Assembly: GCA_963799485.1 (NCBI GenBank)
Contig: CAWCXJ010000004.1
Coordinates: forward strand, 160,001 to 224,000
Direction of reading: 5' to 3'
Source: an uncultured Trueperaceae bacterium
Lineage (GTDB): Bacteria > Deinococcota > Deinococci > Deinococcales > Trueperaceae
DNA length: 64,000 nt
How positions within the stretch are numbered: position 1 is the first letter of the stretch; each line of letters begins with the position of its first letter. Below, piece by piece: positions 10,007 to 19,595 of the stretch. Position numbers and translations under genes: made by a program. The notes under the pieces were generated by a model. That model ran no database searches, had not been told where the DNA came from, and worked only from the letters and a program-made list of their open reading frames with translations.

Positions 10007-10131
10007 GTCCGCTCCTCCAGTCTCTTTAGGCGGCGGCTGATGTATACCTGATAACCGCCGTAGGTAACGAGCAGTTGCGCCCAGGCTAAAGCGACCCAGA
10101 CCCACTGTCCCCAAGTGCTGACCTCAAACAT
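9994..10131 (-). CDS. ccmD: Probable heme exporter small subunit CcmD (45 aa)
   Basis: MFEVSTWGQWVWVALAWAQLLVTYGGYQVYISRRLKRLEERTSNV: TM plus basic amphipathic tail, between ccmC and ccmE; GGAGG RBS upstream. Confidence 0.75.
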   Translation of the reverse strand: MFEVSTWGQWVWVALAWAQLLVTYGGYQVYISRRLKRLEERTSNV

Positions 10132-10864
10132 GAATGACCTCCTGTGGCGCGGCGCCACGCGCATCTTGCGTTTCGCTGAGTCCGGCCTCTAAACGTCCGA
10201 CCCGGACGCGCTCCAACATAAAGTACAAATACAACATCGCCGCTGCCCCCACATTAATCAGTAGAACCCGCACCATCGAGCCGTCCATCGTAACACCGCT
10301 GCCATCTAGCGCCAGACTTTTCGCCGGGTGCAGCGTGCGAAACCACTCGGCGGCAAGGTAGTTAAACGGTAAACTCGCCAGCACGATAATGCTCACGACT
10401 GCGCTCACCCGTCCGCGCCGTTCGGGGTCGTCGATAAGGCCGCGTACGATAAAGTAGCCGACTATAAGCGCAAACATCAGCGCCGTTAAGGTCAGTTTGG
10501 CGTCCCAAGCCCACCAGGTGTTCAGCGTCGGGCGGCTGTAGGTCATGCCGCCGACCAGCGTCAGCGCCGCAAAAACGAGCGCAAGTTCGGCGTTGGCAAC
10601 GGCCCATACGTCGTGAATACGCTTACTCTGCCACAAAAAGAGACAGCCGAACACAGCGGTTAGAAAGACCGCCAGAAACGAAATCCACGCGACCGACACG
10701 TGCGCGTACATGATGCGGATGAGGTCGCCTTGATTGACGTCGGCGGGGGAGGCAAAGAGCGACAGGTAGAGACCGACGCCGAAAAGTGCGAGGGCGGTCA
10801 GTCCGAAAAGCCGAAGCCAAATGGGCTGCTGCACAGATTGCTGCGGGGTGCTTTGAGTGGTCAC
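10124..10864 (-). CDS. ccmC: Heme exporter protein CcmC
   Basis: IMYAHV, WWAWDAKLT and RTLHP conserved His/Trp motifs. Confidence 0.93.
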   Translation of the reverse strand: MTTQSTPQQSVQQPIWLRLFGLTALALFGVGLYLSLFASPADVNQGDLIRIMYAHVSVAWISFLAVFLTAVFGCLFLWQSKRIHDVWAVANAELALVFAALTLVGGMTYSRPTLNTWWAWDAKLTLTALMFALIVGYFIVRGLIDDPERRGRVSAVVSIIVLASLPFNYLAAEWFRTLHPAKSLALDGSGVTMDGSMVRVLLINVGAAAMLYLYFMLERVRVGRLEAGLSETQDARGAAPQEVIHV

Positions 10865-10874
10865 ACGTTACTCC

Positions 10875-11549
10875 TTATTCCTCTACGACGAAAGGGAAAA
10901 TAGCGGTGCAAACGACGAGATAAACGAGATCGAAGCCTGCTAACAATTGTACCCAGCTGCGGCTTTCAGCAGGGTTCTCCAGCAGCATGGCGGCGCTGCT
11001 CGCGCGCACTGAAGCCAGGATGACCGGGACGATTATCGGAAAAATCAGAACCGGTAACAAGGACTCCCGGGCCCGGAGGTTAGCAGTCAGGGCAGCGTAA
11101 AAGGTGGCGATCAGCGAAAAGCCGAGCGTACCGAGGGCGACAGTCAGCAGTAAAGAGCCGATAGCGGAGATGTCTGCGCCGAAAACGGCGGCGCTGATGG
11201 GCAGTAACAGCCCACCAAGTACGAGCATGAAGAGCCAGTTCGACAGCAGTTTGCCTAAAAAGATGGTCGCACGCGGTACCGGATATAACAGCAGCTGCTC
11301 GAAGACGTTGTCCTCCAACTCGCTCTGGTAACTCTGCGACGCGGAGATGACCCCCGCAAAGGCGAGGGCAATCCACAACACGCCAGCAGAGGCGTTGCGA
11401 AGGGCTGTTTCGTTCGGGCCGAGGGCAAACGCGAGAATCACCAAAACCAGTCCCGAAAAAAACAAGGTAGCGACGGCGACCTCTTTGCTACGCAGCTCGA
11501 GCAGCAAGTCTTTACGGGCCACAGCGAGCACGGCGCTCAGTTCAGACAT
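10875..11549 (-). CDS. ccmB: Heme exporter permease CcmB
   Basis: KDLLLELRS and LLPVLIFPIIVPV motifs; start at ATG 11549. Confidence 0.92.
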   Translation of the reverse strand: MSELSAVLAVARKDLLLELRSKEVAVATLFFSGLVLVILAFALGPNETALRNASAGVLWIALAFAGVISASQSYQSELEDNVFEQLLLYPVPRATIFLGKLLSNWLFMLVLGGLLLPISAAVFGADISAIGSLLLTVALGTLGFSLIATFYAALTANLRARESLLPVLIFPIIVPVILASVRASSAAMLLENPAESRSWVQLLAGFDLVYLVVCTAIFPFVVEE

Positions 11550-12297
11550 GGCCCACCAGCGCTTTTGTCTGCCCTGTGCCGACGACTGATTTGCTGATAA
11601 CGGACTCGTTGATAACGGATATGTCGGCAACCGAAAGAATACCCCCCTCGAGGTTCAACATCCGGTCGGCAAAGCGGGCGCTGCGCTCCAGTTCATGTGA
11701 GGCCATGATGATGGTTTTACCCTGGGCTTTGGCCTGCATTAAAAGCGTGTCGACTAACTCACGTCCGTCCTCATCCAAAGCTGTATAGGGTTCGTCTAAC
11801 AGCCACAAGTCGGCGTCAGCCAACAAGAGGCGGGCGATGCCGAGGCGTTTTTTCATCCCGCTCGAGAACGTCCTGACCAGCTTGTCACGGGCGCTTAGCA
11901 GACCGACCTGCTCGAGGTAGCTGTCTGGCTCAACCTGCTTGCCGTAAAGCCGCGCCGCCAGCGCCAGATTTTCACGGGCGCTGAGCGCCCCGTAAGCGCC
12001 GCCGAACACGCTCAAATAGGCAAGCCGCTCACGAATACGGTGCGCTTCTTTGACGAGGTCGAAACCCAACACGCGCCCCCCGCCCCGGCTCGGTCTGAGC
12101 CGCGTTGAGAGAACGCGCAACAGCGTCGTTTTCCCCGCCCCGTTGCCGCCGCGTAAAACGATTGTCCGACCCGGCGTTACGCTTAAATTGACGCCGCGCA
12201 ACACATACGCCGCCCCGTAACGCCGCGCCAGGTCGCTGAGGTCGATAGCCGGGGCCGCTCGCATGGTAGAGCGCGTCATAACCGGCTCCAAAGCCAC
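11542..12297 (-). CDS. ccmA: Heme ABC exporter ATPase CcmA
   Basis: Walker A GGNGAGKTT, signature FSSGMKKR, Walker B LLDEP; exact start uncertain. Confidence 0.92.
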   Translation of the reverse strand: MALEPVMTRSTMRAAPAIDLSDLARRYGAAYVLRGVNLSVTPGRTIVLRGGNGAGKTTLLRVLSTRLRPSRGGGRVLGFDLVKEAHRIRERLAYLSVFGGAYGALSARENLALAARLYGKQVEPDSYLEQVGLLSARDKLVRTFSSGMKKRLGIARLLLADADLWLLDEPYTALDEDGRELVDTLLMQAKAQGKTIIMASHELERSARFADRMLNLEGGILSVADISVINESVISKSVVGTGQTKALVGHV

Positions 12298-12986
12298 TCG
12301 GGGGTGTAGCGAAGCAGTGTTCCGTTAAGGGCAGTAGCCGTGCCGGTCAGGAGCATCACGCCTGCAACGACCAGAATTGCGCCCGAGACACGCTCGACCC
12401 ACGGCAGGTAGCGGCGAAAACGGCTCGAGGCCCGCGTAAACGACCCGAGCATCACCGCCGCCATCACAAACGGCACCGCTAACCCGAGCGCGTAAACCGC
12501 CAAGAGCGTGACCCCTTGAGCGAGCCCGCCCGACGTTCCGGCCAGCGTCAAGACGCTCCCCAGCACCGGCCCGATACACGGTGTCCAGCCCGCCGCAAAC
12601 GCCATCCCTAGCAGCACCGCGCCGACGGGCGTCCGCGTCTCGCCCGTAAAGCGCACTCTGGCCTCACGCCCCAGAAGACGCTGCAAACCCGGCACCCTTA
12701 CGCCCAGCATCACCACGCCGAAGAAGACGACGAGGACGCCGCCGATCAGCGTCAGTTCACGGCGATAGGCGCTCAGGAGCCCACCGAGCAGACTTGCCGA
12801 CGCGCCAAGACCCACAAAGACAAGCGAAAACCCCAGCACGAAGAATAAACTGCTCCGAACGACCCTTCCGCGCGCCGCCCCGACGCCGCCTACATACGCC
12901 AGATACGAAGGCACCAAAGGCAACACGCACGGTGACAAAAACGACAGCACCCCGGCAGTAAAGGCGAGGGTTAAGGTGGGGGTCAT
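12276..12986 (-). CDS. ccdA: Cytochrome c biogenesis protein CcdA
   Basis: SFLSPCVLPLVP and GWTPCIGPVL motifs. Confidence 0.94.
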   Translation of the reverse strand: MTPTLTLAFTAGVLSFLSPCVLPLVPSYLAYVGGVGAARGRVVRSSLFFVLGFSLVFVGLGASASLLGGLLSAYRRELTLIGGVLVVFFGVVMLGVRVPGLQRLLGREARVRFTGETRTPVGAVLLGMAFAAGWTPCIGPVLGSVLTLAGTSGGLAQGVTLLAVYALGLAVPFVMAAVMLGSFTRASSRFRRYLPWVERVSGAILVVAGVMLLTGTATALNGTLLRYTPEWLWSRL

Positions 12987-13148
12987 CGAAACTCCAACAC
13001 AGGGGCTCTAAGCATACGCGCGGGCGGCGCAAGTCTGTACGGACATTTGTCCTCATCGTTGCACAGCCGAGCCGGCCTTACGGTCAAACGCTTGACAATT
13101 TTTGACGATTGTAGTTGCGCGTGGTACGCGCCTTGGTTCGTATGAGGG

Positions 13149-13178
13149 TTGACACCACTCGGGGGCGCTTCATATACT
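13149..13178 (+). promoter_or_regulatory. Sigma70-type promoter of the tRNA operon
   Basis: TTGACA-N18-TATACT immediately upstream of tRNA-Lys. Confidence 0.8.
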
Positions 13179-13191
13179 ACAAAACGCTGTT

Positions 13192-13267
<76 letters not shown>

Positions 13268-13268
13268 A

Positions 13269-13343
13269 GGCTCCTTCGACTAGCGGTCAGGTCACCACTC
13301 TTTCACAGTGGCGACACGGGTTCGAATCCCGTAGGAGTCACCA
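13269..13343 (+). tRNA. tRNA-Glu(TTC)
   Basis: Anticodon arm ccact-ctTTCac-agtgg; GGTTCGAATCC; CCA end. Confidence 0.96.
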
Positions 13344-13349
13344 GCAGAC

Positions 13350-13387
13350 GGCGTTGGTATCATCCTTGGATGATACCAGCCTTTTTT
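13350..13387 (+). terminator. Rho-independent terminator after tRNA-Glu
   Basis: tggtatcatcc/ggatgatacca inverted repeat followed by a T-run. Confidence 0.75.
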
Positions 13388-13454
13388 GGCAAGAAGGCCT
13401 CGGAACCTGGGCAGCTATAACTTGACGCGTTCGTTGATAGCCAGCTCCTCTCGA

Positions 13455-13530
13455 GGGCGATTAGCTCAGCTGGAAGAGCGCTTCCCTTACAAGGAAGATG
13501 TCGGGGGTTCGAGCCCCTCATCGCCCACCA
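13455..13530 (+). tRNA. tRNA-Val(TAC)
   Basis: Anticodon arm cttcc-ctTACaa-ggaag; TTCGA T-loop; CCA end. Confidence 0.97.
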
Positions 13531-13560
13531 AAGAAACGCTGTGTAGGACAACAAAAACGA

Positions 13561-13589
13561 GCCCCGCTTAGATGCGGGGCGGTTTTGTT
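13561..13589 (+). terminator. Terminator after tRNA-Val
   Basis: gccccgc-ttagat-gcggggc followed by ggttttgtt. Confidence 0.7.
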
Positions 13590-13627
13590 ATGGGGTAGTT
13601 TGCACCTTATTTGCACCTACAGGGTTT

Positions 13628-14066
13628 TTAGTTTGCCGTCGCCGGGTCGCTCTTGGGTAAGAAGTCGAGTAACGACACAGCAGCATTAACCCGCTGCTCT
13701 TCAAACAGGTGCGTGTACACGTCGAGCATGAATGAAGCGCGAGCGTGCCCTAACCGGTCGGCTAGCACCTTCGGGTCAACGCCGCTCTTAATTGCCATAG
13801 AAGCGTGAAGGTGACGCAGGTCGTGAAGCCGGACTTCGGGCACTTAGCGGCCTTCACAAGCTGCTTACGTAGCCGCGTCAAGTTGTCGGGGTTTAAGGGC
13901 GTTCCGGTCTCGGAGACAAACACGAGCCCAGTGTCGGGCCACGAGTCTAGGCGTTCGGCGTCCTGAAGCTGACGGTGTTGCAAGAGTATCACGAGTACGT
14001 CGGGGGAGAGCGAGACGCGCCGCGTCCCTTTGGCTGTCTTGGGGGTAGACAGCTCGAGCTTGCCCC
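13628..14066 (-). pseudogene. Tyrosine integrase remnant (C-terminal part, frameshifted near 13845)
   Basis: GKLELSTPKTAKGTRRV...GLVFVSETGTPLNPDNL in one frame; HDLRH...LGHA...DVYTH in another; N-terminus missing. Confidence 0.9.
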
Positions 14067-14322
14067 TTCAAGTCCGCTGCGGTGCTTTTGTGTTCGACAC
14101 CAAACCCGTCTCTTTTGCGGTGCGTGAACCGCTCGTAGACCTGGGCTTGACCGAGTACCTTGGTCATGGATTGGCGCTTTGGCTGCTCACAGACGACGCC
14201 GGAGAACTTTTACGGCACTTGGAGGCCCACCGGGTCGAAATTGCGGTAGGACTGGCAGACAGCCCGTTCGGGAAGACCTGTCAAGACCCCGAAGCCTCGT
14301 TGCGGTTCACGGTAAAGGCTGA
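14066..14322 (+). pseudogene. VOC/glyoxalase family protein fragment
   Basis: FAVREPLVDL...GHGLALWL.TDDA...DSPFGKT..DP resembles the C-terminal half of VOC proteins; no start. Confidence 0.6.
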
Positions 14323-14327
14323 TTGTG

Positions 14328-14735
14328 GTGAACTACCGGGTCAATACGGTTTCGAGAGACCGTGTTCAGGCGGTCATGGCAGATGGGTTTACCCAGGCCG
14401 ACCCCGGCAAAAACACACGTCTTAAACGCCTAAACAAGGGAGACTGGTTGGTGCTCTATTCTCCCAAAACGCACTTTTAAGGACGGCGAGCCGCTGCAAG
14501 CGTTTACGGCGCTCGGCGAAATTACCGACACCGAAGCCTACCAAGTTGAGCTGACCCACGACTTTCACCCTTGGTGGCAGATGACGTTCAAACGGGGTGA
14601 TGAAGCCTCTACCGACCCGCGCCTTGATGACCTGAACTTTACCAAAGACAAAAAGAAGTGGAGTTTTCCGTTTAGAAGAGATTCGTTTGAAATTGACTAA
14701 GCGGATGAGGTTATCGCTAACGCCACGAATATATA
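14328..14735 (+). pseudogene. EVE-domain protein pseudogene
   Basis: Across frames: VNYRVNTVSRDRV...GFTQADPGK..RLKRL.KG / DWLVLYSPKT / GEPLQAFTALG...FHPW...KDKKKWSFPFRR..FEI; two frameshifts and an internal stop. Confidence 0.8.
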
Positions 14736-14880
14736 GGCGACGCCGTAAAAGAGCTTGAAGGCCGAATTGTGAGATGCTCGCACAAAAGCGTCAAACTTCT
14801 GTAGACGCTTTTAGGCTCACCGGCTAAGGCCGGTATTCGGGCCTCCTGACCTACGCGTCAAAGTTTCTTATAGTTGGGTT

Positions 14881-15408
14881 ATGGAGCCTTTGCTCGAGTA
14901 CCAAGATTATGTCCTCGCCTACCGTCTGCGGGCCGCTGTCGGCGGCGCGTCGCGTCCTTCAGGCGGCTATCTGTCGCTCTCGGAATACGCCGGTTTACGG
15001 CTCGAGCGGCAGGCTTTAGCCAAAAACCTGCTTAAAAACCGCGATTACCGGGTTCAGCTCAGAGAGGTCGAAGCGCTGACCGACCGGCTCAACTTCGGGT
15101 TTTGGCACAACCCGAGCGAGACGACGGGTTTTCTCAAGCGGGTTATCGAACAAGGCGGCTGCGCGGCGCTCGAGTCTCCCGAAGCGTTCATCCGAGAACT
15201 GCTGACCCGCCGTGAACGCGCCGAACTCGCCCCCAAAGACGCGTGGCGCGTGGCGCATTACTATCTAGGACTGCTGCGCGCGTCGGCGTCCTACCTCGAC
15301 GCCGAGGTCTTTACCCGTTTGCGCGCCGAGGTCGAACCTTTGCGAGAAGGATTGCCGTTTTTTGTGCTGCCTAAAGACGGTATTGTCGAAACAGTCGAGA
15401 CGCTATGA
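14881..15408 (+). CDS. Conserved hypothetical protein
   Basis: Clean 175-aa ORF, TATAGT -10 just upstream, coupled (ATGA) to rlmN. Confidence 0.8.
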   Translation: MEPLLEYQDYVLAYRLRAAVGGASRPSGGYLSLSEYAGLRLERQALAKNLLKNRDYRVQLREVEALTDRLNFGFWHNPSETTGFLKRVIEQGGCAALESPEAFIRELLTRRERAELAPKDAWRVAHYYLGLLRASASYLDAEVFTRLRAEVEPLREGLPFFVLPKDGIVETVETL

Positions 15409-16511
15409 ACGACGCCCTGAAACCAGACGTGATACAACCGCATCCCGTAAAACCGGGTTCTGCCGAGTTCAGCCGTGAAAAACACGAGCTTGCCAAACCG
15501 AGTTTGTGGGGGCTCGAGCCCGCCGCCCTGCCTGCCCCTGAAGCGCAACCCTACCGCCGCGCCCAACTCGCCGGGTGGCTCTACACGCACGGCGCAAAAG
15601 ACTTCAGCGAGATGCTCAACTTGCCTAGCGCGTGGCGGCGCGAACTCGCCGAGACGTACACCCTGAGCCCGTTTGCCCGGACCGAACGCTTTACCTCGCG
15701 TGACGGTTCGGTGCGTTATCTCTTTACGCTGCCTGACGGCAAACAAACTGAAGCCGTCTACATGCCCTACAGTGGACGAAAAACGGTCTGCGTGTCGTCG
15801 ATGGTCGGGTGTCCGGCGGGATGCGCGTTTTGCGCGACGGGCGCGCTCGGTTTCGGGCGCAACCTGACCCGCGCTGAAATCGTCGGACAGCTTCTGGCAG
15901 TAGCGCAAGGGGAGGGGTTTTCGCCATGTGAGGTGCGAAACGTCGTGCTGATGGGAATGGGTGAAGCGCTGCTCAACTACGACAATGCGCTAGGTGCCAT
16001 CCGCATCATGACCGACCCGGCGGGCCTCGACCTGTCGCCGCGCCGCATCACGCTCTCGACGGTGGGGTTGCCTGCGCGCATTCGCAAACTCGCGGGTGAA
16101 AACCTGCCGCTTGTGTTGGCGGTGTCGCTTCACGCACCCGACGAGGCGACGCGTAAAACCATCATTCCGACCGCGCACGCGCACGCTCTAAACGACATCA
16201 TCGCGTCGTTGCACGACTGGCAAGCTGCCGGAGGTCGCCGCGTTACGGTCGAATACACGATGTTGGACGGCACCAACGATGCGCTCTGGCAGGCTGAGCT
16301 GCTGGTAGAGCGGCTTGCCGGACTGGTCGTTCACGTCAACCTCATTCCTTTTAATCCCTGGGGTGAAGCGCAGTTTCGCTCGAGCCCCCGCCCGGTTATC
16401 GAACGGTTCGCCGGGGTTTTGGAACGTGCCGGTCTGTCGGTGTCGGTGCGTTTTAGCCGGGGCCGCGACACCGGCGGTGCGTGCGGGCAGCTGGCGCTTA
16501 CAAAAAGCTGA
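15405..16511 (+). CDS. rlmN: 23S rRNA (A2503-C2) radical SAM methyltransferase RlmN
   Basis: CVSSMVGCPAGCAFC, MGMGE, SLHA, NLIPFNP and GACGQL motifs. Confidence 0.95.
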   Translation: MNDALKPDVIQPHPVKPGSAEFSREKHELAKPSLWGLEPAALPAPEAQPYRRAQLAGWLYTHGAKDFSEMLNLPSAWRRELAETYTLSPFARTERFTSRDGSVRYLFTLPDGKQTEAVYMPYSGRKTVCVSSMVGCPAGCAFCATGALGFGRNLTRAEIVGQLLAVAQGEGFSPCEVRNVVLMGMGEALLNYDNALGAIRIMTDPAGLDLSPRRITLSTVGLPARIRKLAGENLPLVLAVSLHAPDEATRKTIIPTAHAHALNDIIASLHDWQAAGGRRVTVEYTMLDGTNDALWQAELLVERLAGLVVHVNLIPFNPWGEAQFRSSPRPVIERFAGVLERAGLSVSVRFSRGRDTGGACGQLALTKS

Positions 16512-16680
16512 GGTTTAGGAGCCGGAAACAAGAAGCGATAGAAGCTGACGTGGGAGAAGAATACAGAACACAGAATAAGGGTGTTCTGTATTCTCAATTC
16601 TCCCGTCTGTCTCCCGTTACATCGCCCGAATGACGGATTTCGCACGCTTTTGCGGCGTACCGGGGTGCGCGATTTAACAC

Positions 16681-18363
16681 TTGCATGGCCTTTTGGGTCT
16701 TACCATGCGGCTAGTTATGACGAATCTACCTTGCCTCCCCCTGACCCTTGCGGCAGCCGCTTGCCTTTTGCTACCCACCGCGCTGGCGTCTACCCAGGCT
16801 GCCCCGCAAGCTGCGCCGCAACCCACGCAACAACCCATACAGCAGCCCACGCAGCAAGCGGCCCGCCCGCCGGTGCCGCCCGTTTCCGAATGGCCCGCCG
16901 AGCTGGCGGCCCGCCTCAACCGGCTCCAGGCGCGTATTCAAGCTGAACCGGGCGACCTCAATGCACGGCTCGATTTAGGTGAATTACGGCTCGAGGTCGG
17001 TGACTTCGAGCGCGCCAAACAGAACTTTCTCGCGGCGGTTTCGCTCGATTATATGTCCGCCGACGCACACTTCGGATTGGGTCTTGCCGAGTTCAACCGA
17101 GCGAATTACCGCGCCGCACTCTTTGAATTCAGCGAAGTCACAAGGCTTTTTCCGGAGCGCTTCGACGGACACTTCAACCGCGCGGTGACGCTCGCACAAC
17201 TGCGGCGCAGCGAAGAAGCGGTCGCGGCGTTTCAAGAGGCGCTCGTGCAGGCGTCGCCCGAGGCAGGGCGTGCGGTGCGGGCGAGCGCGCAGCTGGGGTT
17301 AGCGGGTCAGCTCGAGGTTTTAGGCCGCTTCGAGGAGGCCGCCGAAGCTTACGGCGCGGCGATGCGGCTTTCCAAACGGACGCCGACGCTCATCATGGCG
17401 CAGAGCGAAGCGCTCTACCGGGCAGGGCGGGGACTCGAGGCGCTCCCGGCGCTGACAGCCCTCGAGGCGGAAAACTATGAAGCCAGCACCTTGGTTGCCA
17501 GTATCTATCTCGAGGCCAAGCAAACCGACTACGCACTCGCCGCGCTTAACCGCGCGCGTAGCCGAGCCGCCGAGAGCGGCGACGTTCAGGCCGAGTCGGA
17601 CGTGCTTTTACAACTCGGTTTGCTGCGCCGCAGTCTGGGCCGCAACGCCGCGGCGGCGCGCGCGTTTGCCGCCGCTGCCGAACTGACGCCGGAGTCGGGT
17701 GGCGCATTTTACAACCTGGGCGTGAGCTACCTGGAAACGGGTCAACCGCAACGCGCACTCGCCCCGCTACAAAACGCGCTCACCGCCGAACGTGTCCAGG
17801 GTGAGGTCAGCGGCGAGGTTCTCTTGGCGCTCGCCACGGCCTACGACCAGCTCGGTCAACCTGCCGACGCGCAGCGTACCGCAGAGGCGGCCCGGAGCCG
17901 CCTGACGACCCGTCCACTGCGTCTCGACGCGACTGCGATTTCGGGCCGCGCCCTCTACCGCGCGGGCAACTACCGGGGCGCGCTCATCGCGCTTAAAGAG
18001 GTCGCCGAAGCCCGCCCCAACGACGCGCAGGCGCAGCTCTGGGCGGGGTTGGCGTACTACCAGCAGGGCGACTACACCGAAGCGACCTCGTTTTACGAAC
18101 GCGCCGTCAGCCTCGAGCCCGACGACCTCGACGCGCGCCTCAACTTGGGCGCGGCTTACCTGGCGACCGAACGTTACGCCGACGCCGAGAGCGTCTACAC
18201 GCTGCTCGTTCAGCAAAACGGCGAAGACGCCGAGGCGTTCTACAACCTGGGCTGGGCGCTCTACTCACAAGGGTTGGTCGACGCGGCACAAACGGCCTGG
18301 GCTTCTGCCTCCGAACTCGGTTACGAACCCGCGCAGACGGCGCTGAGCGAATACACCGAATAA
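16681..18363 (+). CDS. Secreted TPR-repeat protein
   Basis: Signal-like N-terminus, Q/P low-complexity linker, many TPRs (AHFGLG, AFYNLG, ARLNLG); true start may be 16705 or 16717. Confidence 0.88.
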   Translation: MHGLLGLTMRLVMTNLPCLPLTLAAAACLLLPTALASTQAAPQAAPQPTQQPIQQPTQQAARPPVPPVSEWPAELAARLNRLQARIQAEPGDLNARLDLGELRLEVGDFERAKQNFLAAVSLDYMSADAHFGLGLAEFNRANYRAALFEFSEVTRLFPERFDGHFNRAVTLAQLRRSEEAVAAFQEALVQASPEAGRAVRASAQLGLAGQLEVLGRFEEAAEAYGAAMRLSKRTPTLIMAQSEALYRAGRGLEALPALTALEAENYEASTLVASIYLEAKQTDYALAALNRARSRAAESGDVQAESDVLLQLGLLRRSLGRNAAAARAFAAAAELTPESGGAFYNLGVSYLETGQPQRALAPLQNALTAERVQGEVSGEVLLALATAYDQLGQPADAQRTAEAARSRLTTRPLRLDATAISGRALYRAGNYRGALIALKEVAEARPNDAQAQLWAGLAYYQQGDYTEATSFYERAVSLEPDDLDARLNLGAAYLATERYADAESVYTLLVQQNGEDAEAFYNLGWALYSQGLVDAAQTAWASASELGYEPAQTALSEYTE

Positions 18364-18476
18364 GCAGGGAAGCGCGGCAAACAAGCGGCGGCCTTAGGTA
18401 TACGAACATGTACCCGACGCCGCCGCTCCTTAGGGAGTTCTTACTCAAGACGGTAGTTTAGCCTTACAATAAGGTC

Positions 18477-19595
18477 ATGGATTGGTTAAGACGTAATTGG
18501 CCCGACCTTATTATCGGCGTGGCGCTCGTCGCGGTTGTGGCGCTGATTGTAGTGACGCTGCTCAGCGGCGGGTCGCTGGCCTCGCTTGTACGGCGGGACA
18601 ACCCCCCTGAGCTTTCGGTTACCGATACGACACCGGACACAGCTGTAGGTTCGGCAGCTTCAGTAGCGGGCTCGAGCGACCCTCAAACAGCCGACAACGC
18701 CACCTCCGGTACGGCTGGTAACGCCGGAACGAACAGCGCTGACGGCGGCGTCGACGTGTTCGTCCCCGGTATCCCCGGAGGTCAGGCCGGTGTAGCCGCG
18801 AGCACCTCGGGCGGTCAAGCTCAGGCGAGTACGACGCCCGGCACGGAAGGCGCGGCATCTGGAGGTATTGCCCAGAGTGGTGTCCAGGGTAATCAAGCTG
18901 ACGCTGCCCCCAGTGGGCCGCTACCCGAAGCGGCGCAAAACGGCGGTTTCCGGGTGGCAGCGGGCGCAGTGGACTCGAGAGACGCCGCTGCCAGCCTCGC
19001 CGAGAGTTTTCGCGAAGCCGACTATACCGTTACGGTCGAGCAGCAAGGCAACCTGTATCTCCTCTGGGTCGGCCCTTACGCGACCAGAGCCGGTGCCGAC
19101 CGGGTGGCGGCGCGCCTGCAAACAGACGGTCTGGTACCCGACGCGCTCGTTTATACCTATAGCGGCCCGGACAGCGCTAACGCAAATACCGGCCCGGATA
19201 GCAGTTCAGGCGGCAACGTAGCGGCAGCAGGCGACGCAGCAGCGGCCACGACCGCAGATACAGCTTCGGGAACTGCTACGACACCCTCTGAAAACACCGG
19301 GGCGGCGTCTACAGGCAACGCGGCTAACGCGGTCGCCACAGCTCCTACAGGTAACGCCGCAACCGCCGGTACTACCGGGCCGCGTTACCTGCAGGTCGGT
19401 GCGTTCACTTCGGATGAGCGTGCCCAACCTTTACGTGACCAGTTGGGGGCTCTCGGTTTCACCGTCACCCGTCGCCAATCGGACACCGGTCTGGTGCGGC
19501 TTTTAGTCGGCCCCTTCGGTGACGCACAGCTCGTTCAGACTCAGGCACGCCTGCAAGATGCAGGCATCCCCGACGCGTTTCCGGTTACGCCCTAG
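18477..19595 (+). CDS. SPOR-domain membrane-anchored protein (two SPOR domains)
   Basis: N-terminal TM, low-complexity linkers, LWVGPY and YLQVGAF...RLLVGPF SPOR motifs. Confidence 0.9.
   Translation: MDWLRRNWPDLIIGVALVAVVALIVVTLLSGGSLASLVRRDNPPELSVTDTTPDTAVGSAASVAGSSDPQTADNATSGTAGNAGTNSADGGVDVFVPGIPGGQAGVAASTSGGQAQASTTPGTEGAASGGIAQSGVQGNQADAAPSGPLPEAAQNGGFRVAAGAVDSRDAAASLAESFREADYTVTVEQQGNLYLLWVGPYATRAGADRVAARLQTDGLVPDALVYTYSGPDSANANTGPDSSSGGNVAAAGDAAAATTADTASGTATTPSENTGAASTGNAANAVATAPTGNAATAGTTGPRYLQVGAFTSDERAQPLRDQLGALGFTVTRRQSDTGLVRLLVGPFGDAQLVQTQARLQDAGIPDAFPVTP

Noticed and set aside
13455..13530. Duplicated tRNA-Val 3' end marking the far att site
   Set aside because: No second copy seen by eye in the window, so the element boundaries cannot be defined
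14767..14785. TTGTGA...GCACAA as a Rex or CRP operator
   Set aside because: It spans 19 bp rather than the 18-bp Rex consensus, and the right half does not fit CRP spacing
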